In this document: positions 59,556-64,000 of the stretch, piece after piece | Layout: each line of letters opens with the position of its first letter | How positions within the stretch are numbered: the stretch's first letter is position 1 | Assembly: GCA_963835305.1 (NCBI GenBank) | Contig: CAWIEU010000003.1 | Coordinates: 41,353-105,352, forward strand | DNA: 64,000 nt | Origin: an uncultured delta proteobacterium | GTDB taxonomy: Bacteria > Desulfobacterota > Desulfobulbia > Desulfobulbales > Desulfocapsaceae | Direction: 5' to 3' | The notes under the pieces: model-generated | The model's input: the letters and a program-made list of their open reading frames with translations, nothing else | Database searches by the model: none | Told to the model about the DNA's origin: nothing | Program-made: the position numbers and the translations under genes

Positions 59556-60014
59556 ATGGCAAAGACTAGATCAACAACAGATGGCAGGAAGTTTGTTGAA
59601 CTCGCGACCTTTTATATTGGCGACGCCCTCTGTGGCATGGATATACTGAAGATTCAGGAAATCAACAAGCTCATGCAAATGACCAAGGTGCCTCAAGCTC
59701 CGGAGTATGTGCTCGGTATCCTCAATCTCAGGGGACAGATTGTAACAATCATCGATCTGGGCCGGAAACTCGGGCTTGGAAAAACCGACATCTCCCAGGA
59801 TCCTCGCAACATTATCGTTAATTCGGCAGGGGGACATGTCGGTCTGCTGGTTAGAAAAATCAGTGATGTGGTTTCAGCGGACATGTCTAAAAAGGAATCA
59901 TCGCCGGCCAATATGCGCGGTATCCAGGGAGAGTATTTCGATGGAGTCTATAAAACCGATACCAACCTCATCGGCATCCTGAATGTAGATAAAGTTTTAA
60001 GCATAGATGATTGA
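59556..60014 (+). CDS. cheW: Chemotaxis coupling protein
   Basis: TKVPQAPEYVLGILNLRGQIVTIIDL. Confidence 0.93.
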   Translation: MAKTRSTTDGRKFVELATFYIGDALCGMDILKIQEINKLMQMTKVPQAPEYVLGILNLRGQIVTIIDLGRKLGLGKTDISQDPRNIIVNSAGGHVGLLVRKISDVVSADMSKKESSPANMRGIQGEYFDGVYKTDTNLIGILNVDKVLSIDD

Positions 60015-60022
60015 GTGGTTGC

Positions 60023-61165
60023 ATGATTGGTAAAAAAAACCTCCGCGTTCTCGTAGTAGACGATACCATTGTCTACCGCAAGGCAATTTCGGATATTATT
60101 GAGGAAATTCCGGGTGTTGAGCTGGCCGGTGTCGCACATAACGGAAAAATTGCACTCTCAAAAATCAACATTCTAAAACCAGATATTCTGACACTGGATA
60201 TTGAAATGCCGCAAATGAACGGCATTGAGGTTTTGACTGAAATTCAGAAGAACCACCTCGGCGTTGGAGCAATCATGGTTTCAACCTTGACCGCCGAGGG
60301 AAGTGATATGACCATGCGGGCTCTTGAGCTGGGAGCCTTTGATTTCATCCTCAAACCTCAAAGCAAGAATCAAACGGAAGGCAAAAGAGAAATCAGAGCC
60401 GCTCTTGAACCCATACTCAAGGCCTACGCACGGTCCAGATTCAGTTCGTCTCTGCTCAGTTACACAGGCCGGTCGGCTCCGGCCGGTCAATCTCCCGACA
60501 AGTCCTCCCTGAGACCGCCTGGAGGGGAAAGTGCCGCATTCGTCCGGCACGCATCGCCCAAGGTATCTCCGGTCCGACGCGGGAAGTCGGAAATCATCGC
60601 TATAGGAATCTCCACCGGCGGGCCGAATGCCTTGACCCAGATGCTGCCGAAACTGCCTGGGGATTTGGGAGTTCCCGTCCTCATCGTCCAACATATGCCG
60701 CCGGTATTCACCAAATCACTTGCCGCAAGTCTTGATAAAAAGTGTCAGCTTACCGTGAAGGAAGCGGAAGATGGCGAAAATATTCTGCCGAATATGGTCT
60801 ATATCGCCCCCGGAGGCAAACAAATGAAACTGATTGCCGACACGAATGGACTGCATAGAAAAATCAAGATCACCGATGATCCTCCGGAAAATTCCTGCAA
60901 GCCGTCGGTCGACTACCTGTTCAGATCCGTCGGCGATTACTATGTTGGCAGAACCACAGCGGTGATTATGACCGGTATGGGTTCGGATGGCACTAAAGGG
61001 CTGGGAGTGCTTAAAGACAAATCGGCATATATAATTGGCCAGGATGAATCATCCTGCGTAGTATATGGAATGCCGAAAGCCCCGGCAGAACTTGGCTACC
61101 TCGATGTCATTGTACCTCTCCAAAAAATTGCCGACGAAATAGTCAAGAGTGTAAAAACAAAATGA
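60023..61165 (+). CDS. cheB: Protein-glutamate methylesterase with receiver domain
   Basis: Receiver domain plus GISTGGP, QHMPP, PSVDYLF, TGMGSDG and VYGMP motifs. Confidence 0.95.
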   Translation: MIGKKNLRVLVVDDTIVYRKAISDIIEEIPGVELAGVAHNGKIALSKINILKPDILTLDIEMPQMNGIEVLTEIQKNHLGVGAIMVSTLTAEGSDMTMRALELGAFDFILKPQSKNQTEGKREIRAALEPILKAYARSRFSSSLLSYTGRSAPAGQSPDKSSLRPPGGESAAFVRHASPKVSPVRRGKSEIIAIGISTGGPNALTQMLPKLPGDLGVPVLIVQHMPPVFTKSLAASLDKKCQLTVKEAEDGENILPNMVYIAPGGKQMKLIADTNGLHRKIKITDDPPENSCKPSVDYLFRSVGDYYVGRTTAVIMTGMGSDGTKGLGVLKDKSAYIIGQDESSCVVYGMPKAPAELGYLDVIVPLQKIADEIVKSVKTK

Positions 61166-61995
61166 TTAAGATCGCTCCCGCAGAGTTAAAACTGATTTCA
61201 CAATATATTCAGACACTAACAGGGATATATCTTGATCAGAGCAAATCGTACCTTTTCGAAACGCGTCTCGGCTCAATCGCCGAAACGTATGGCTGTAAAT
61301 CCTATCAAGAGCTACATCAGAAGTCCAGGCAGGACCCAAGCAAAAAGATAGAAAAAGAAATTATCGACGCCATCACTACCAATGAGACTCTGTTCTTTAG
61401 AGATAAAGGACCATTTGAACTGCTCCAGCACAAGATTCTTCCGGAAGTGATAGATCTGCGTTCTTCTCCATCCTCACTGAAAACGAAAGTCAAAATCTGG
61501 AGTGCAGCTGCGTCTACAGGACAGGAACTCTATTCGATTGCCATAGTTATCAAAGAATTACTCAATGAATTATCGAATTATTCCTTTACGCTTTTCGGAA
61601 CTGATATTTCCGATGCAGCCATATCTCAGGCGAGTTATGGAAAATACAATCGATTTGAAATTGAAAGAGGCCTGGACAGGAAATTTTTACAGAAATATTT
61701 TATACCCTTTGGTGACTCCTGGAAAATCAAGGATGAAATCAGGGCGATGGTAAATTTCAAAAAGCTTAACCTGATGGAGCCTTTCACATCTCTTGGCAAA
61801 TTTGATATAATATTTTGTAGAAACGTAGCAATTTATTTTACCCTGGAAGATCGTAAAAAACTCTTCAATAAAATCGCTGACAGCCTGGCCGATGATGGAT
61901 ATCTGGTAATCGGCTCGACTGAATCACTCAGCGGAGTTTGCCCCCGATTCGTACCAAAACGACACTTAAGGTCGATCTTTTATCAAAAGAAATAA
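61162..61995 (+). CDS. cheR: Protein-glutamate O-methyltransferase
   Basis: TTNETLFFRD, IWSAAASTGQE, TDIS and IFCRNVAIYF motifs. Confidence 0.95.
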   Translation: MIKIAPAELKLISQYIQTLTGIYLDQSKSYLFETRLGSIAETYGCKSYQELHQKSRQDPSKKIEKEIIDAITTNETLFFRDKGPFELLQHKILPEVIDLRSSPSSLKTKVKIWSAAASTGQELYSIAIVIKELLNELSNYSFTLFGTDISDAAISQASYGKYNRFEIERGLDRKFLQKYFIPFGDSWKIKDEIRAMVNFKKLNLMEPFTSLGKFDIIFCRNVAIYFTLEDRKKLFNKIADSLADDGYLVIGSTESLSGVCPRFVPKRHLRSIFYQKK

Positions 61996-62008
61996 CTGAG
62001 GTCTTTGC

Positions 62009-62578
62009 ATGAAAAATCTTTCCGTCCTGGTGGTTGACGATGATCCCGTCATTAGACATCTCCTGGAACAGCGACTGAAAAAGGAAAATTATAGGGTTGG
62101 GATCGCTGAGGACGGCTATATGGCCAGGACCATGCTCGAGGAACAGCCATATGACATCGTGCTGACCGATCTTATGATGCCTGGTGATCTTGGAGGGATT
62201 GAAGTTCTGGAGTTTGCAAAAGAAATAAACAGCCGGATCGAAGTCATGGTCATCACTGCCCATTCTTCAGTTGATACCGCGGTCGCGGCAATGAAAAAAG
62301 GTGCCTACGATTATCTGGAAAAACCAATCAACTTTGATGAACTTTTTTTACGAATAGACAAGATCGCAAATGTCCAGACGATTTTAAGAAGCGCACAGGA
62401 CCTGCAGGTTGCAATGGATACGACGGAAAATGTCGCTTCGTCCACCATTCAAAATCTGGAAATGCGAGTGGCGCAATTGCAGAAGGCGCTCGACCAGGTG
62501 GAAACCGTGCTCCGCGAAGAGCAACTCTCCGACGACCTCAAGATCCAGAGAGCACTGGAAATCATAGCCGAATCCTGA
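62009..62578 (+). CDS. Response regulator (receiver plus short coiled-coil tail, no DNA-binding domain)
   Basis: VVDDD, TDLMMPG and AYDYLEKP motifs; helical C-terminus. Confidence 0.85.
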   Translation: MKNLSVLVVDDDPVIRHLLEQRLKKENYRVGIAEDGYMARTMLEEQPYDIVLTDLMMPGDLGGIEVLEFAKEINSRIEVMVITAHSSVDTAVAAMKKGAYDYLEKPINFDELFLRIDKIANVQTILRSAQDLQVAMDTTENVASSTIQNLEMRVAQLQKALDQVETVLREEQLSDDLKIQRALEIIAES

Positions 62579-62637
62579 ATTATGCCGTAAGTGTGTCATT
62601 TTGTCTGTAACCATGACCACCTGAAAGGAAAAATTTC

Positions 62638-62704
62638 GGGCGGGTTTAGAACCCGCCCCTCCTAAACCTGGTATGTGTCAGGGGGCAGGTTACAGACCTG
62701 TCCT
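62638..62704. repeat. Pair of REP-like hairpins between convergent genes
   Basis: GGGCGGGTTtagAACCCGCCC and GGGGCAGGTtacagACCTGTCC. Confidence 0.65.
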
Positions 62705-62722
62705 TCAGGACAAGCCGTATTG

Positions 62723-63217
62723 TCAATTACGCCGCTTCATTCTCTTCCATTGCCAGGGAGATACAGGTGCAGTTGAACTCCATATTCCGATCTTCTGTTT
62801 TTTTGCCGAGGTCTCCATTCCTTTCCAGGACGCACAGATGCTCTTTTTGCAATATCGGGGATATACCCAGGCAAGACCAGCCTGCACCAGTTCGCCGTTC
62901 AAAATTTGACCTCCTGATTGAACTATTGCCACCAGCCTTTTATAAGAATCATAGTACTCCGGCTGCACCAGGACCTTCTTGCCGTAAACACTCTGTCTCA
63001 CCAACGCCTTAGCTTCCTGGGAGAATGGCTGGTCCCACTCCGGACTGTCCACCCCATAGAGGCGAACTTCAATAGTTTTATGATTACCGGTAACGATGAC
63101 AAGAGAATCACCATCAATGATTTTTGACACCGATCCATAAAAACCTTCCCTCGCCAGCCCCTGAGAGACAAAAGTAAACAGCAGGATGGTTGAGAATAAG
63201 CAAAGTTTTCCAATCAT
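62723..63217 (-). CDS. Secreted thermonuclease (SNase family)
   Basis: Signal-peptide-like start MIGKLCLF, then IDGDS, RLYGVDSPE, DSYKRLVA, GLAWVY and GIWS. Confidence 0.88.
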   Translation of the reverse strand: MIGKLCLFSTILLFTFVSQGLAREGFYGSVSKIIDGDSLVIVTGNHKTIEVRLYGVDSPEWDQPFSQEAKALVRQSVYGKKVLVQPEYYDSYKRLVAIVQSGGQILNGELVQAGLAWVYPRYCKKSICASWKGMETSAKKQKIGIWSSTAPVSPWQWKRMKRRN

Positions 63218-63559
63218 GAAAGAGGCCACCTGTCGAGTAGAAATTATTCTGTAACCGGCAACCGTCCACCTGAACCTCCACAAAACATGATGAGACCGTC
63301 GCAGAAAAAGGGACGGAGGGAGCCCGCCCCTGCTTCCGTCCACCGTCTTAAGATAGCTAATTCAACTTAAAAGGAAAAGGAGTATTGATCTTTTCCATCG
63401 TTTAGAGCAGAATGCTTTTCCTTGAGTGACTGAAATCTTTCCCAAAAGGTCACGGACTGCTATGACCACGTGAGGATGCCAGCGAAGAAAACAATTTGTT
63501 CTTTCTCTTTTTTTTGTGATATGCTTTTGACGTATGAGTCTTATTCACGCAAAAAGTTT

Positions 63560-63770
63560 GTAACCGTTCACCAGTACCCCATCTGCGTCCGATCAGGCCG
63601 ACTCGCATAGCTATCTATAGCTCGGGGGCATGCTTGAACGAACCTGGAGCACCTGGATGACGACGGTCGGGGACGACCTGGTGTTGCGGGTACCAAGAGA
63701 CGGCACAGGAACAACGCGGTTATGGATCCGGGTTATGCAGTCTTTTGATGTGTACCGGATTAATGATTAC
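63560..63770. mobile_element. Second copy of the GTAACCGTTCACC-ended MITE-like element
   Basis: Aligns by eye with 28097-28269 at both ends, with a different and longer middle; no target duplication visible. Confidence 0.65.
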
Positions 63771-63888
63771 GGATTGGCTATAGGTACCTTCAGACAGATC
63801 GATTCTATAAATAAATCGGTAAAGCGCTCATCGATTTTTCGATGCTTCAATGATTCGTTTACAAAGCTAAGTTATGTTACCTAAAGAA

Positions 63889-64000
63889 ATGAGTGACAGC
63901 GAAGAAGAGACCAGATCTTTCCTGATCAATCTCCCGATTTTTTCGAGTTTCAATGTTGATGAGCTGTCAGTTTTGGCCAAACATATGAGCTTCATTCATT
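63889..64000 (+). CDS. 5' fragment of a probable cyclic-nucleotide-binding domain protein
   Basis: MSDSEEETRSFLINLPIFSSFNVDELSVLAKHMSFIH resembles the LPIF..L...EL..LA start of cNMP-binding domains; truncated by the window. Confidence 0.5.
   Translation, partial: MSDSEEETRSFLINLPIFSSFNVDELSVLAKHMSFIH

Noticed and set aside
1-64000. rRNA, tRNA, prophage or autonomous IS
   Set aside because: No cloverleaf, rRNA-like sequence, phage gene or transposase motif was recognised by eye; no covariance search was run.

Overview
A 64-kb core-chromosome window of about 50% GC, most likely from a sulfate-reducing Desulfobacterota member (Desulfobulbales-like; inferred from gene content only). In order it holds: a Wood-Ljungdahl CODH/ACS operon (ASKHA activator, acsD, cooS, acsB, acsC, acsE); a GlcD/GlcF-type 2-hydroxyacid dehydrogenase pair with a clear sigma70 promoter and two FadR/LldR-type operators; a standalone YcaO; ackA; PAS signalling proteins; a large FAD/Fe-S oxidoreductase; a bacterial EHD/sarcalumenin-like P-loop protein with two transmembrane helices; a papain plus alpha/beta-hydrolase fusion; recC-recB-recD; lipid A acyltransferase and msbA; a DUF6909-like nucleosidase-fold protein coupled to an orphan kinase; engB, hisG, hisI; and a cheA-cheW-cheB-cheR cluster. 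The first 7.5 kb carries about 9 single-base indels that look like sequencing error. The intergenic DNA holds at least four families of short non-coding repeats. The most notable is a ~160-bp MITE-like family with 6-bp target duplications whose two subfamilies keep the same hairpin geometry with different stem sequences; another is a 77-bp double-hairpin unit found singly, in tandem and nested. No rRNA, tRNA, CRISPR array, transposase or prophage was seen. I cannot claim a definitively new multi-gene system. The best leads are the structured repeat families, the EHD-like protein and the DUF6909-kinase pair.
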